Positions 48,462-58,750 are shown, counted from the stretch's first letter. The stretch is 64,000 bases of DNA from an uncultured delta proteobacterium (GCA_963752035.1 CAVVWZ010000028.1:7738-71737); one strand, 5' to 3'. Notes: generated by a model from the letters alone, not told the origin. Translations and numbers: made by a program.

Positions 48462-50939
48462 CTACAATTTAGTGGGAACCTCCTCTACGGTGTAACATTC
48501 TATAGTATCACCAATTTCAATTGCCTTAAACCCGTCTATGCCAATACCACACTCATACCCTGATTCAACTTCCCGAACATTGTCTTTGAAACGTTTCAAA
48601 GAAGAAATCTTTCCCTGGTGGATTGCATTCCGGTTTCTCATAAGGCGGGCCATAGTACCCCTGACCATTTTACCATCTGTGACGACGCTACCGGCGATAG
48701 TTCCCTCCCGGGAGACTTCAAAGACCTGTTTGACTTCAGCTTTTCCACAGGGTTTTTCCACCAGGGTTGGAGCGAGCAGCCCTTCCAGGGCCTTTTTAAT
48801 GTCTTCGATTGCATCGTAGATGATGGTGTAGGTACGGATATCTACCTTTTCCTGTTCAGCAACCTGTTTTGCTTTTGCGTCAGGATTAACACCAAATCCA
48901 ATAATAATGGCCTGTGAAGCAGAGGCAAGCATTACGTCAGACTGATTAATGGCACCCACACCACGGTGAATGGTGGTAATTTTTACATTTTCATTTCCCA
49001 ATTCTTCCAGGGACTTTGCCAGGGCGTCAAGGGTTCCGTGGACATCAACTTTTAAAATGACATTAAGTTCATTGAGTTCGCCTTCTTGCAAGTGCTCATG
49101 GAGGCCTTCTAGTGTTATTTTATGGGTTGCATGAAGACCTTGCTCCCTCTGGCGTTGTTGCAGGTAGGCGCCTGCCTGACGTGCTTTTTTCTCTTCGTCA
49201 ACTACCAGAAAATTGTCTCCAGCGTCCGGTACGCCGGCTAACCCGAGTAACTGTAGCGGAGTGGCGGGGCCCGCTTGAGAGATTTCCTCTCCTTGATCGT
49301 TAACGAGAAGCCGTGCTTTCCCATAGTGAACTCCCGAGATAAATGTATCCCCTGTCTTGAGGGTTCCTTCCTGAATGAGAATGGTAGCTATGGGCCCTCT
49401 CATTTTGTCGAGTTTTGCTTCAATGACTGTCCCCTTGGCAGGTTTGTGAGGATTAGCCTTTAGCTCGAGCATTTCTGCCTGGAGAAGGATTGTTTCCAAA
49501 AGGTGTTCTATTCCTGTTTGCTGTTTGGCCGATATTTCTACGTAGAGCGTATCTCCACCCAGGTCTTCAGGAAGAAGCTCGTATTGCATAAGTGATTGCT
49601 TAACCCTCTGAGGGTCGGCATTCGATTTGTCAATTTTATTAACGGCAACAATGATAGGTACCCCTGCTGCTTTAGAATGGTCTATTGCCTCTACAGTCTG
49701 GGGCATGACACCATCGTCCGCTGCAACAACGAGGACTACGATATCGGTCACTTTAGCTCCCCGCGCACGCATGGTGGTGAATGCCTCATGACCGGGTGTA
49801 TCAATAAAAACGATTGTTCCTTTATCGAGTTGAACATGATAAGCCCCAATGTGCTGGGTTATGCCACCGGCTTCCCGTTCGGTCACATTTGTTTGTCGAA
49901 TTGCATCGAGCAACGAAGTCTTACCATGATCAATATGTCCCATAACTGTTACAATAGGGGCACGGGGTAACAGGTCTTCCGGGGTGTCTTTTGTTTCAGT
50001 CAGGATGTGTTCTTCTTCACGTGTAATAAGTTCAATTTCATAACCGAACTCATGAGCTGCCAGGCCAGCGGCATCAGTATCGATTGTTTCATTCACTGTT
50101 GCCATCACACCAAGATTCATCAGCTTTTTGATTACTTCTCCCCCTTTGACGCTCATCCGTTTCGCCAGCTGGCCAACAGTTATGCCATCAGCCATTTTAA
50201 TCTTTCTCTTAATCGCCTTGGGTGTGGTAAGTTGAGTTTTTTTGGTCTTGGCCAGTGTGAGTGGTTTCTTCTTGCGAGAGAAAGTGGGCTTATAGACCTT
50301 GGCCGGTTCTTCGGAAGGGGTGGTTTCATCCTCTTTAAAATCTTTTGAAGAGATAGTGCCGGGTCTCTTTTTTGTTAAGTCTTCAGCAGGGACAAACCGT
50401 TCTCTCCGGGGCTTCCTTTTCTTGGCTTTTCCCTTACGTTTTTTGTCTTCCTCAGCCTCTTCCTCATCCTCTTTAGTTTCTTCCACTTCAAGCTTTAGAT
50501 CTTTTTTACCAACTATTTTTATTTGAGGAGGTTTTTCCGGGGCAGGAGCAGGAGCTGCTTTTTTTGCTGTGGTTTCTCCCTTCTGAGGTGCTGCCTCCTT
50601 CTTTCCTTCTTCTTCCTGTTGTTCTCCCGTTACTTCCTCTTCTACCGGTTGAGCACTCTCAGGCATTGTATCAGTTGGTTCTGCTTGTGCAATCTCCTGT
50701 TCCTCAACAGGGGGCTCGGCTTCTACTGCTTTTCTTCTTCTCCGGATAAGGGTTGGTTTAATTCTTTTTTCGACAACGTTTTCAGCAGTAGGAGGAGCCA
50801 GGGCGTTCTTAACCCGTGCTACGTCGTCTTCGGAAATGGCACTCATGTGGTTCTTGAATTCAATGCCAAGTTTTTTTAAATGTGGAAAGATATCTTTGGC
50901 CTTCAGTTCAAGCTCTTTGGCAAGTTCATGTATTCTCAT
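48462..50939 (-). CDS. infB: translation initiation factor IF-2
   Basis: 825 aa: N-terminal IF2_N, low-complexity E/K/P-rich linker, GTPase ([21 protein letters not shown]). Confidence 0.95.
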   Translation of the reverse strand: MRIHELAKELELKAKDIFPHLKKLGIEFKNHMSAISEDDVARVKNALAPPTAENVVEKRIKPTLIRRRRKAVEAEPPVEEQEIAQAEPTDTMPESAQPVEEEVTGEQQEEEGKKEAAPQKGETTAKKAAPAPAPEKPPQIKIVGKKDLKLEVEETKEDEEEAEEDKKRKGKAKKRKPRRERFVPAEDLTKKRPGTISSKDFKEDETTPSEEPAKVYKPTFSRKKKPLTLAKTKKTQLTTPKAIKRKIKMADGITVGQLAKRMSVKGGEVIKKLMNLGVMATVNETIDTDAAGLAAHEFGYEIELITREEEHILTETKDTPEDLLPRAPIVTVMGHIDHGKTSLLDAIRQTNVTEREAGGITQHIGAYHVQLDKGTIVFIDTPGHEAFTTMRARGAKVTDIVVLVVAADDGVMPQTVEAIDHSKAAGVPIIVAVNKIDKSNADPQRVKQSLMQYELLPEDLGGDTLYVEISAKQQTGIEHLLETILLQAEMLELKANPHKPAKGTVIEAKLDKMRGPIATILIQEGTLKTGDTFISGVHYGKARLLVNDQGEEISQAGPATPLQLLGLAGVPDAGDNFLVVDEEKKARQAGAYLQQRQREQGLHATHKITLEGLHEHLQEGELNELNVILKVDVHGTLDALAKSLEELGNENVKITTIHRGVGAINQSDVMLASASQAIIIGFGVNPDAKAKQVAEQEKVDIRTYTIIYDAIEDIKKALEGLLAPTLVEKPCGKAEVKQVFEVSREGTIAGSVVTDGKMVRGTMARLMRNRNAIHQGKISSLKRFKDNVREVESGYECGIGIDGFKAIEIGDTIECYTVEEVPTKL

Positions 50940-51023
50940 AATATCTACAAACGGGTTAGAGGGTAGGATACCTACTCTTTAGGAAATCCTGTTTGTAATC
51001 TCCTGCTCGTTAAGGGTGAACGG

Positions 51024-52313
51024 TTACTCCTCGTCTTCAGTTTGTGGAGATGTTTTTTCAGTATCAGGTTCGCTACCTTGCTGTTTTAAGAAATCCTCAG
51101 CTGCTTGCTTGATCTGTTTTACTTTCTTTTCACCAAATCCAGGAAGTTTTAAGAGTTCTTCAGCCTTGGTTTTGATGATATCAACGGGAGTGTAATAGCC
51201 TTCATTAAAAAGGGTTTGAGCGCTGGTTTCGCCGATGCCCTGAATTTGAGTTAACTGTTCAAGGGCATTTTCTGACTCGCCATCTGCTTCTGATTTGCTC
51301 TTGATATCAATTTTCCACCCGGTTAATTTAACTGCCAAGCGAACGTTCTGTCCTTTTTTGCCAATGGCAAGGGAGGTCTGATTATCAGGCACAATGACTT
51401 CCATGGCTTTACGGTCGTTGTAGAGGATAACTTCCACAATTTCTGCTGGTGCGAGAGAACTGCAGACAAATTTTGCAGGATCTTCAGACCAGGGAATAAT
51501 GTCGATCTTTTCTCCCTTGAGCTCCTGCACAATGTTTTGTACCCGTGACCCCTTGGATCCAACACAGGCACCTACCGGGTCCACATCAGGATTGGAAGAC
51601 TCCACCGCAATTTTTGTTCTAATGCCCGGCTCCCGGGAAATGCTTTTTATGGTAACAACGCGCTCATTGACTTCAGGGACCTCTGTTTTAAAGAGTTCTG
51701 TAATAAAACCCAGGTGGGTTCTTGAAAGTACTATTTGGGGATCTTTAGTTGTCTTTTTTATATCAAGAATGTATGCCTTTACTCTATCTCTCTGGCGGTA
51801 GTGTTCTTTGGGAACTTGTTCTTTTGCTGGCAGGATCGCTTCTGCTCTCCCCATATTAACAATGATGTCTCCTCTATCAAATCGCTGGACAATCCCGGTT
51901 ACCAGTTCACCTTTGCGATCCTTGTAATTTTGGAAGGTGTTTTCCCGTTCAGCCTCTCTGATATTTTGAATTATAACCTGTTTAGCGGTTTGGGCTGCAA
52001 TTCTTCCAAAATCGGCTGTGTTCAGTTTGACACCGAGACTATCACCTACCTGGGCTTCTGGATCCAGGTGTTTCGATTCTTCCAGGGAGATTTCGCTCTT
52101 AGGATTTTTAACCTCACTAACCACATTCCTGAATTGAAAGAGTTCAACTTCACCTGCCTCTGAATTAAAATGTGCTTCAATGTCTGCATTATGGCCATAT
52201 CTATTCTTTGCAGCTTTAAGCAGGGCGGCCTCTAGGGTTTCAATGAGAATTTGTTTGTCAAGATCTTTATCTTTCCTGACTTCCTCGAGAATGCGGTCAA
52301 GTTCGTTTATCAT
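51024..52313 (-). CDS. nusA: transcription termination/antitermination factor NusA
   Basis: 429 aa: NusA N-domain, S1, two KH domains, C-terminal HhH. Confidence 0.95.
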   Translation of the reverse strand: MINELDRILEEVRKDKDLDKQILIETLEAALLKAAKNRYGHNADIEAHFNSEAGEVELFQFRNVVSEVKNPKSEISLEESKHLDPEAQVGDSLGVKLNTADFGRIAAQTAKQVIIQNIREAERENTFQNYKDRKGELVTGIVQRFDRGDIIVNMGRAEAILPAKEQVPKEHYRQRDRVKAYILDIKKTTKDPQIVLSRTHLGFITELFKTEVPEVNERVVTIKSISREPGIRTKIAVESSNPDVDPVGACVGSKGSRVQNIVQELKGEKIDIIPWSEDPAKFVCSSLAPAEIVEVILYNDRKAMEVIVPDNQTSLAIGKKGQNVRLAVKLTGWKIDIKSKSEADGESENALEQLTQIQGIGETSAQTLFNEGYYTPVDIIKTKAEELLKLPGFGEKKVKQIKQAAEDFLKQQGSEPDTEKTSPQTEDEE

Positions 52314-52353
52314 GGAATCATTTCCTTGGATTATTAAATGACTATGAGCCCTA

Positions 52354-52848
52354 TCACCTTTGCTTATTTGGTTTTTTTGCCGGTGAATTGGGGAATTGAT
52401 ATATGCTATGTGCTTTGGATATCAGGGATAGGGGGATAACGGCGTCTTGGTCGTCTATTTGCAGTATAATATTCCCATTCTCGCAGCCCAGCAGCGTGCC
52501 CTGAAAGTTCTTTCTTTGTTCGATGGGTTCGAAGGTCTTTACTTTGATAATTTTTCCAATAGAGCTGATGAAGTCTTTTTCTCTTTTTAAGATGCGGTTA
52601 AGACCGGGTGATGAGACTTCTAAAATATAGCCATGGGGAATGATCTCTTTTACTTCAAGTATATCCCCTATCTGCCGGCTCAAACTGGAACAGTGGTGGA
52701 TGGTTACTCCCCCTGCTGTGTCGACGTAGAATCGGAGAACCCATCCCCTTGATTCCTTCTGGTACTCTACATCGATTAACTCCAGTCCTTCGGATGAAAT
52801 AATCGGCTCAGTCAGTTCTTCAATAGCTTCTATGAGGCTTTTTGTCAT
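52354..52848 (-). CDS. rimP: ribosome maturation factor RimP
   Basis: ..EPIISSEGLELIDVEY..E....LRFYVD.. Start moved to MTKSLIEAI.. (track start 52893). Confidence 0.9.
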   Translation of the reverse strand: MTKSLIEAIEELTEPIISSEGLELIDVEYQKESRGWVLRFYVDTAGGVTIHHCSSLSRQIGDILEVKEIIPHGYILEVSSPGLNRILKREKDFISSIGKIIKVKTFEPIEQRKNFQGTLLGCENGNIILQIDDQDAVIPLSLISKAHSIYQFPNSPAKKPNKQR

Positions 52849-52961
52849 GATTGTCCGGTCAATAAAAAAAGCGGGAACTTCCCACTTTTCCACAGTGCAT
52901 TGCTATTTCTAGCATAAGTTATGTATAAATGCAAGTGAAAAAAACATTTATAAGTACAGTT

Positions 52962-53037
52962 TGGAGCGGGCAACGGGGTTCGAACCCGCGACCCCAAGCT
53001 TGGGAAGCTTGTACTCTACCAACTGAGCTATGCCCGC
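52962..53037 (-). tRNA. tRNA-Gly (anticodon CCC), CCA encoded
   Basis: The reverse complement is gcgggcatagctcagttggtagagtacaagcttCCCaagcttggggtcgcgggttcgaaccccgttgcccgctcca, a cloverleaf with a 7-bp acceptor stem. Confidence 0.9.
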
Positions 53038-53047
53038 TTAAATGCAC

Positions 53048-53075
53048 TATATAACAGGCAGTTAATCAAAGTCAA
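53048..53075 (-). promoter_or_regulatory. sigma-70-like promoter of tRNA-Gly (and possibly the rimP-nusA-infB operon)
   Basis: On the minus strand: TTGACT, then a 16-nt spacer, then TATATA, ~10 nt upstream of the tRNA 5' end. Confidence 0.55.
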
Positions 53076-53161
53076 CAGTTTTTTCAAGCATTTTTGTTCT
53101 GAAATCCCGCGTGCTAATGGTCATGGGCGGTCGCTTTGGTCCTGTATAAGGTAGAATACCC

Positions 53162-53386
53162 CTAAGGATGAGCACTTTTTATAAAAGCTTTTCTCCGGTG
53201 AGGCTGTGTCACACTGTCATGGGGCGGGAGGGTAAAAGGACCGAAATAATCCCATGCAGTTTTGAAAAGAACAGCGCTTGTCACGCTTTCTTCCGTCTCG
53301 ACCCACCAGCCGGGCAATTCACTCACAATGACCAGGGATACTTTTGAGCGAGACACACAGCACAAGAGATAGTAACCTTTTCCCAC
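53162..53386 (-). CDS. possible HicB-like/UPF0150 family small protein (orphan antitoxin-like)
   Basis: 74 aa. ..YYLLCCVSRSKVSLVIVSELPGWWVETEESVTSAV.. resembles the HicB pattern Y.v....e.gg..a.vPelPGc...GeT.eEA. GTG start, weak SD, and no HicA partner seen. Confidence 0.3.
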   Translation of the reverse strand: MGKGYYLLCCVSRSKVSLVIVSELPGWWVETEESVTSAVLFKTAWDYFGPFTLPPHDSVTQPHRRKAFIKSAHP

Positions 53387-53540
53387 CTCTCTTTGTCAGG
53401 ATGTGTACTTTCGGAAATGATCAAGTGTTTGAGATCAGTTGAACAAGACACTGTTTTTGTCCTTTACTTTGGTGTTCTATATGGTATAAGGATGAATTTG
53501 CAAAATTATGATGAAGATAAATCAAAACAGAGGGTAACTT

Positions 53541-54149
53541 ATGCAAAAAAAGAGTGTTATCAGGGAATACGTTGAAGCTTTTGCCGTTGCGATTGTGCTG
53601 GCACTCATTATTCGAACCTTTGTAGTGCAAGCCTTTAAGATTCCTTCCGGCTCAATGGAACCAACCTTGCTCGTAGGAGATCATATTCTGGTTAATAAAT
53701 TCATCTATGGTGAACACATCCCCTTTACGGATATCAAAGTGCTTGATTTTAGAGATCCCAAGCAAGGTGAGATCATTGTATTCGTTTATCCAAAGGATGA
53801 GAGTAAAGACTTTATTAAACGGGTTATAGGGGTGGAAGGGGATACAATTGAAATTAAAGATAAGAAGCTTTTCATAAATGATAAACTCTTTAATGACCCT
53901 TATGGATTCTACAAAGATAATGCTATTATCCCCGGACACGTACAGCCAAGAGATAACTTTGGTCCTGTCACAGTTCCAGAAGATTCTCTCTTTGTGATGG
54001 GGGATAATCGCGACCGTAGTGCCGATAGCCGCTTCTGGGGGTTTGTGCGACTGAATCAGGTAAAAGGAAAGGCCTTTTTAATCTATTGGTCCTGGAGTGG
54101 CTTCATGCGTGACATTAAATGGGGGAGAATTGGAAAGTTAATTCGATGA
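53541..54149 (+). CDS. lepB: signal peptidase I
   Basis: 202 aa with catalytic Ser box PSGSMEPTL, Lys box KRVIG, and GDNRDRSADSR. Confidence 0.9.
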   Translation: MQKKSVIREYVEAFAVAIVLALIIRTFVVQAFKIPSGSMEPTLLVGDHILVNKFIYGEHIPFTDIKVLDFRDPKQGEIIVFVYPKDESKDFIKRVIGVEGDTIEIKDKKLFINDKLFNDPYGFYKDNAIIPGHVQPRDNFGPVTVPEDSLFVMGDNRDRSADSRFWGFVRLNQVKGKAFLIYWSWSGFMRDIKWGRIGKLIR

Positions 54150-54200
54150 CAGAATGATTCCTGATTGCATGATTTCATTGTACCCTATAGGCGGTTAAGA

Positions 54201-55598
54201 ATGCTTTGCTGGAATACAGGACGATATCACAGGCCCTTTCTTAGTATGCTGGTTCTCATTTTCCTTGTTGTTTTGGGATGTGTCCGGGATGACAATCAGC
54301 GATTACCGGGTTTTAAAGATCACAATATAGTCCTTATTTCTGTGGATACCCTGAGAGCTGATTATTTAGGCTGTTATGGTGCCCCTAACACGACTCCCTT
54401 CATTGATTCAATAGCTCAAACCAGTTTTGTTTTTGAATCAATGTACACGACTTCATCAACCACCCTTCCTGCTCATGTTTCCCTGCTTACCTCCCTTTAT
54501 CCAAAAGATTGCAGGAATGGATATTCCCTGGGTGACTCAGTTACGACAATGGCTGAGGTGCTTGGCGCACATGGGTATCTCAACTGGGCTTTCGTGAGTG
54601 CTTTACCTCTGGATGTGCGCTTTAACCTGGATCAGGGGTTTGATTACTATGATGCTGATTTCAGTGAGTGCAGTGGCAGTCTTGATTTGCAAGATAAAAA
54701 GTGGTTTGCACACAACTATCAGGTTTTTGACTGCAACGCTGAAGAGACTACCAACAGAGTCCTAACCACACTGCAAACGAAGGAACATCACACACCGTAT
54801 TTTTTATGGGTACACTATTACGATCCGCACCTTCCCTATGCACCTCCCAAAGACTTTTACGATTCCACTAAAGTAGCACGTGATACCTTCCCCTACTTTC
54901 TTGCTAAACCAACCCAATCTGATATTACCAGCCTGCAGGAGCTCTATAGGGGTGAAGTCACTTATGTGGATTATCATCTCAAAAGGCTCATAGAGGGACT
55001 AAAGAAACTGGGGAAGGCGGAGAAAACGATTCTGGTAATTGTTGCAGATCACGGTGAAAACTTATATCAGCATGATGGTTATCTGGATCACAGCCTGGTA
55101 GTCTATGATACGGTCATGTGGATTCCCTGTATTGTCCAGTTGCCGGGTCACCGTGGCAGGCGGATTACCCAACTGGTAAGTATTATGGATATTATGCCGA
55201 CCTTACTTGATCTGGTGGATGTCAGCCATGACGCCACTGAAGGCCGCAGTCTCACTGCTTTGCTGGAAGGGGAAAAGTCGGGACCCGTGAGGGACTACGT
55301 TACCTGCGAAACCAATGATTATGGTGTGAGTGTGAAGGATCAAACCATAGCGGTCAGAACAAAGACGATGAAATTTATTCACAACAGCTGGAAACAGGGA
55401 AAGAATATTTTCTTCGCCCTTACTAAAGACCCTTATGAAAAGCATCCGCTGGGAAAGGTGCAGGACCCCGAAGCAGGCAAGCTAAAGGGATGGTATGAAG
55501 AGTGGTTCAAACACTATAAATCCGGAAACATGTCATCCCCACGGGAGCTGGACAGTGAGACAAAAGAAGCGCTTAAAAGCCTCGGTTATTTGAAGTAA
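54201..55598 (+). CDS. alkaline-phosphatase-superfamily 'sulfatase-like' hydrolase, probable lipoprotein/secreted (paralogue 2)
   Basis: Signal/lipobox-like ..MLVLIFLVVLGC, VDTLRADYLGCYG, nucleophile region SSTTLPAHVSLLTS, VIVADHGEN, C-terminal ..ALKSLGYLK. The track start is TTG 54165, and Met13 (54201) is preferred. Confidence 0.8.
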   Translation: MLCWNTGRYHRPFLSMLVLIFLVVLGCVRDDNQRLPGFKDHNIVLISVDTLRADYLGCYGAPNTTPFIDSIAQTSFVFESMYTTSSTTLPAHVSLLTSLYPKDCRNGYSLGDSVTTMAEVLGAHGYLNWAFVSALPLDVRFNLDQGFDYYDADFSECSGSLDLQDKKWFAHNYQVFDCNAEETTNRVLTTLQTKEHHTPYFLWVHYYDPHLPYAPPKDFYDSTKVARDTFPYFLAKPTQSDITSLQELYRGEVTYVDYHLKRLIEGLKKLGKAEKTILVIVADHGENLYQHDGYLDHSLVVYDTVMWIPCIVQLPGHRGRRITQLVSIMDIMPTLLDLVDVSHDATEGRSLTALLEGEKSGPVRDYVTCETNDYGVSVKDQTIAVRTKTMKFIHNSWKQGKNIFFALTKDPYEKHPLGKVQDPEAGKLKGWYEEWFKHYKSGNMSSPRELDSETKEALKSLGYLK

Positions 55599-55603
55599 CA
55601 GGA

Positions 55604-57004
55604 TTACATGTAGCCGAGGGCCTTTAACTTTTCAATGGTTTCCTTTTGTTTCTCTCTTTCCAGAAAGGACTCACGGGGATGTGCGGATGCAGACCATTGT
55701 TCAAGTTTTTCCCTCAGTCTTGTAACCAGTGATCTGATTTCCGGCGTCGGTGACAGCAGTAAGTTGTTTTGCTCAAAGGGATCCCGTGAGAGATCGTAGC
55801 ATTCTTCAGTATTTGCAAAGGGTGTTTGAATGTATTTGAAATTTCCTTCACGTATACAGCGTGCTTTGTTGGTGTGCTGCCAGCCTGATGGGATTTCGGG
55901 AACTTTCCATGGTCTGGTTAAAGTTGCTTGACCATACAGTGTGTGCTCACTCTCTGTTTGGGCCAGGGTGGTAAGATCAAAAACCCTGCCATCGATACCA
56001 CCGGGTACAGGAAGGTTGAGGTACTGTAGCAGCGTTGGTGCAATATCAATGCTTGAGGTCAGCTGGGTTATTGTCCTGCCTCCCTGTTTTCTGTCCGGCA
56101 ATCTAATCAAACATATCCCCTGCATGGTTGTCTGGTAGGTTGCTGTGCCATGATGAAAGTATGGCATGTGCTCCCAGAAGTTCTCGCCGTGATCGCTGGT
56201 GACAACCAGCAGTGCATCATCGAGGATTTCTTTTTCTTTCAGGTAAGCGATAAGGCGGCCAATATGGTGGTCCATATAGGATACCTCTCCAGCATACTGG
56301 ATGACGGCCTCTTTCGAAGCTTCCCAGTCTTTTTTACTGAGGGTAGATGCACAGCTGTAGTGAGCCGGAATACTGTTACTGGTTTTTCCGGTTTCTTCTA
56401 AATGATAAAGGGTGTTATAGGGAGGTGGTGCTGCGAACGGTTTATGGGGGTCAAAGTAATGGACAAAAAGGAACAGATTTGATGGAACACCTGTTTGTTC
56501 AAGATAGCGAATAGTTGCGTCTGTGACTGATTGTGCCGATCGTTCATTCTGGGTCCGACGTTCTGTACCCACAAATTTTTCGTATCTTTCATCATAATAA
56601 TCAAACCCCTGGGAAAAGTGGAAACGACTGTCCAGGGCAAAAGAACCAATAAAACCTGCCGTATGAAAACCGGCACCCTTAAGAATTTCGGTCAGCATGA
56701 CATTTTCGCTGTTAACTATAAAACCGTTTTGAGGGGTTCCGTGGGTGTGGGGGAATGTCCCGGTAAACAGAGAGGTATGGGAAGGCAGTGTTGTTGGAAC
56801 CACTGTCATGTAGTTGCTGAAGAGCAGTGATTCTTCAGCCAGCTGATCAAGGGAGGGGGTGCTTATCCAGGGATTGCCGTAACAGCCAAGATGATCGGGA
56901 CGTGTGGTATCCAGAGAAATAAATATGACGTGTTTGGCGCGTACCTCCTGGAGTGCAGTGCAAACTGCTGCAGAACAGGATTGCCAGGAGTGTAACAACC
57001 GCAT
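55604..57004 (-). CDS. alkaline-phosphatase-superfamily 'sulfatase-like' hydrolase (paralogue 3); N-terminus possibly frameshifted
   Basis: LDTTRPDHLGCYG, nucleophile region VPTTLPSHTSLFTG, VVTSDHGENF, C-terminal ..KLKALGYM. A signal-peptide-like ORF (MKPIHYAVVTLLAILFCSSLHC..) starts at ~57020 in another frame. Confidence 0.75.
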   Translation of the reverse strand: MRLLHSWQSCSAAVCTALQEVRAKHVIFISLDTTRPDHLGCYGNPWISTPSLDQLAEESLLFSNYMTVVPTTLPSHTSLFTGTFPHTHGTPQNGFIVNSENVMLTEILKGAGFHTAGFIGSFALDSRFHFSQGFDYYDERYEKFVGTERRTQNERSAQSVTDATIRYLEQTGVPSNLFLFVHYFDPHKPFAAPPPYNTLYHLEETGKTSNSIPAHYSCASTLSKKDWEASKEAVIQYAGEVSYMDHHIGRLIAYLKEKEILDDALLVVTSDHGENFWEHMPYFHHGTATYQTTMQGICLIRLPDRKQGGRTITQLTSSIDIAPTLLQYLNLPVPGGIDGRVFDLTTLAQTESEHTLYGQATLTRPWKVPEIPSGWQHTNKARCIREGNFKYIQTPFANTEECYDLSRDPFEQNNLLLSPTPEIRSLVTRLREKLEQWSASAHPRESFLEREKQKETIEKLKALGYM

Positions 57005-57134
57005 AGTGGATCGGTTTCATTTTTTTTGTGCTATACAGAGCAATAGTCGTGGAGTATAAGGGGCACGGTATTAGGTGAAAAATGTTGCATTATCCCTACG
57101 GATGTCAGGTGCCTCCGGTGAATGAAAATTTTCT

Positions 57135-57162
57135 TTGACTTTTGTGAGGTTTTCGGTATTAT
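57135..57162 (+). promoter_or_regulatory. sigma-70-like promoter of the pyr operon
   Basis: TTGACT, then a 16-nt spacer, then TATTAT. Confidence 0.55.
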
Positions 57163-57171
57163 TAATAAAAA

Positions 57172-57202
57172 CCTTTAATTTAATCCGGTGAGATTAAGAA
57201 GG
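57172..57202 (+). promoter_or_regulatory. PyrR-binding anti-antiterminator hairpin (candidate)
   Basis: cctttaatttaatccggtgagattaagaagg folds as a 4-bp lower stem, a UAA bulge, a 7-bp upper stem and a CGGUGA loop. The architecture and the CCUUUAA..UCC.G.GAG..AAGG pattern resemble Bacillus-type PyrR binding loops. Confidence 0.55.
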
Positions 57203-57233
57203 TATATGATGATGCAGAGAAAACTATTTAGAG

Positions 57234-57276
57234 AAAAAGCCTCTTTACCCCCAATCTGGGTGAAGAGGCTTTTTGT
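57234..57276 (+). terminator. pyr leader attenuator terminator
   Basis: aaaaagcctcttta-ccc..ggg-tgaagaggcttttt followed by TTTTTG, 18 nt upstream of the pyrR ATG. Confidence 0.7.
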
Positions 57277-57278
57277 GA

Positions 57279-57833
<555 letters not shown>

Positions 57834-57835
57834 TT

Positions 57836-58750
57836 ATGCCATTACGAAACAAGGATCTACTCACAATAGAGCAGTTGAGTGTGGATGAAATCAAACTTAT
57901 TTTAGATACTGCAGATTCAATGAAAGAGATTTCCACGAGGGATATCAAGAAAGTTCCTACCCTCCGGGGCAAAACTGTTATTAATCTCTTTTATGAACCA
58001 AGCACCCGGACAAGGACCTCATTTGAAATTGCCGGCAAGCGACTGAGCGCCGATGTTGTTAACATTTCTACGTCTACCAGCAGCGTGGTAAAAGGTGAAA
58101 TTCTCAAAGATACCGGGAGGAACCTGCAGGCCATGAGTCCTGACCTGGTAGTTATCAGGCATTCCTGTGCCGGGGCCCCTGCAATTCTTGCTGAAACACT
58201 GCCTGCAGCTATTATTAATGCAGGTGATGGTGCTCACGCACATCCTACCCAGGCACTCCTGGATGCCTTTACCATTCGAGAGAAGAAGGGTGCGATTGAT
58301 GGGCTTACGGTAGCTATCATTGGTGATATTACTCACAGCAGAGTAGCACGGTCGAATATTGCAGCGTTAAACAAAATGGGAGCAAAGGTTGTTGTATACG
58401 GACCTTTTACCATGATACCGGCTGGTATTGAAGCAATGGGTGTCAGAGTGGCTACGGGCATGGAGGATGCACTTACAGATGCAGATGTCATTATGATGCT
58501 CAGAATCCAGATGGAGCGTCAGAGCAGATTTCTCTTTCCCTCGGTGCGTGAGTATGCAAGCTTTTTTGGGCTGAATGGGGAACGGCTCACAAAGGCAAAA
58601 AAAGATGTATTAATAATGCATCCCGGGCCCATCAACCGTGGGGTAGAAATATCTCCGGAAGTGGCTGACGGACCCTATGCACTCATATTAGACCAGGTTG
58701 CTAATGGTGTGGCGGTGAGAATGGCCTTACTCTATCTTTTAATCAGCTAG
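57836..58750 (+). CDS. pyrB: aspartate carbamoyltransferase catalytic subunit
   Basis: 304 aa: [25 protein letters not shown]. Confidence 0.95.
   Translation: MPLRNKDLLTIEQLSVDEIKLILDTADSMKEISTRDIKKVPTLRGKTVINLFYEPSTRTRTSFEIAGKRLSADVVNISTSTSSVVKGEILKDTGRNLQAMSPDLVVIRHSCAGAPAILAETLPAAIINAGDGAHAHPTQALLDAFTIREKKGAIDGLTVAIIGDITHSRVARSNIAALNKMGAKVVVYGPFTMIPAGIEAMGVRVATGMEDALTDADVIMMLRIQMERQSRFLFPSVREYASFFGLNGERLTKAKKDVLIMHPGPINRGVEISPEVADGPYALILDQVANGVAVRMALLYLLIS

Noticed and set aside
50007-50879. Several 60-120-aa plus-strand ORFs with repetitive Leu/Ser/Phe-rich sequence.
   Set aside because: They are antisense to the low-complexity E/K/P-rich linker of infB, an artefact of the repetitive codon composition.
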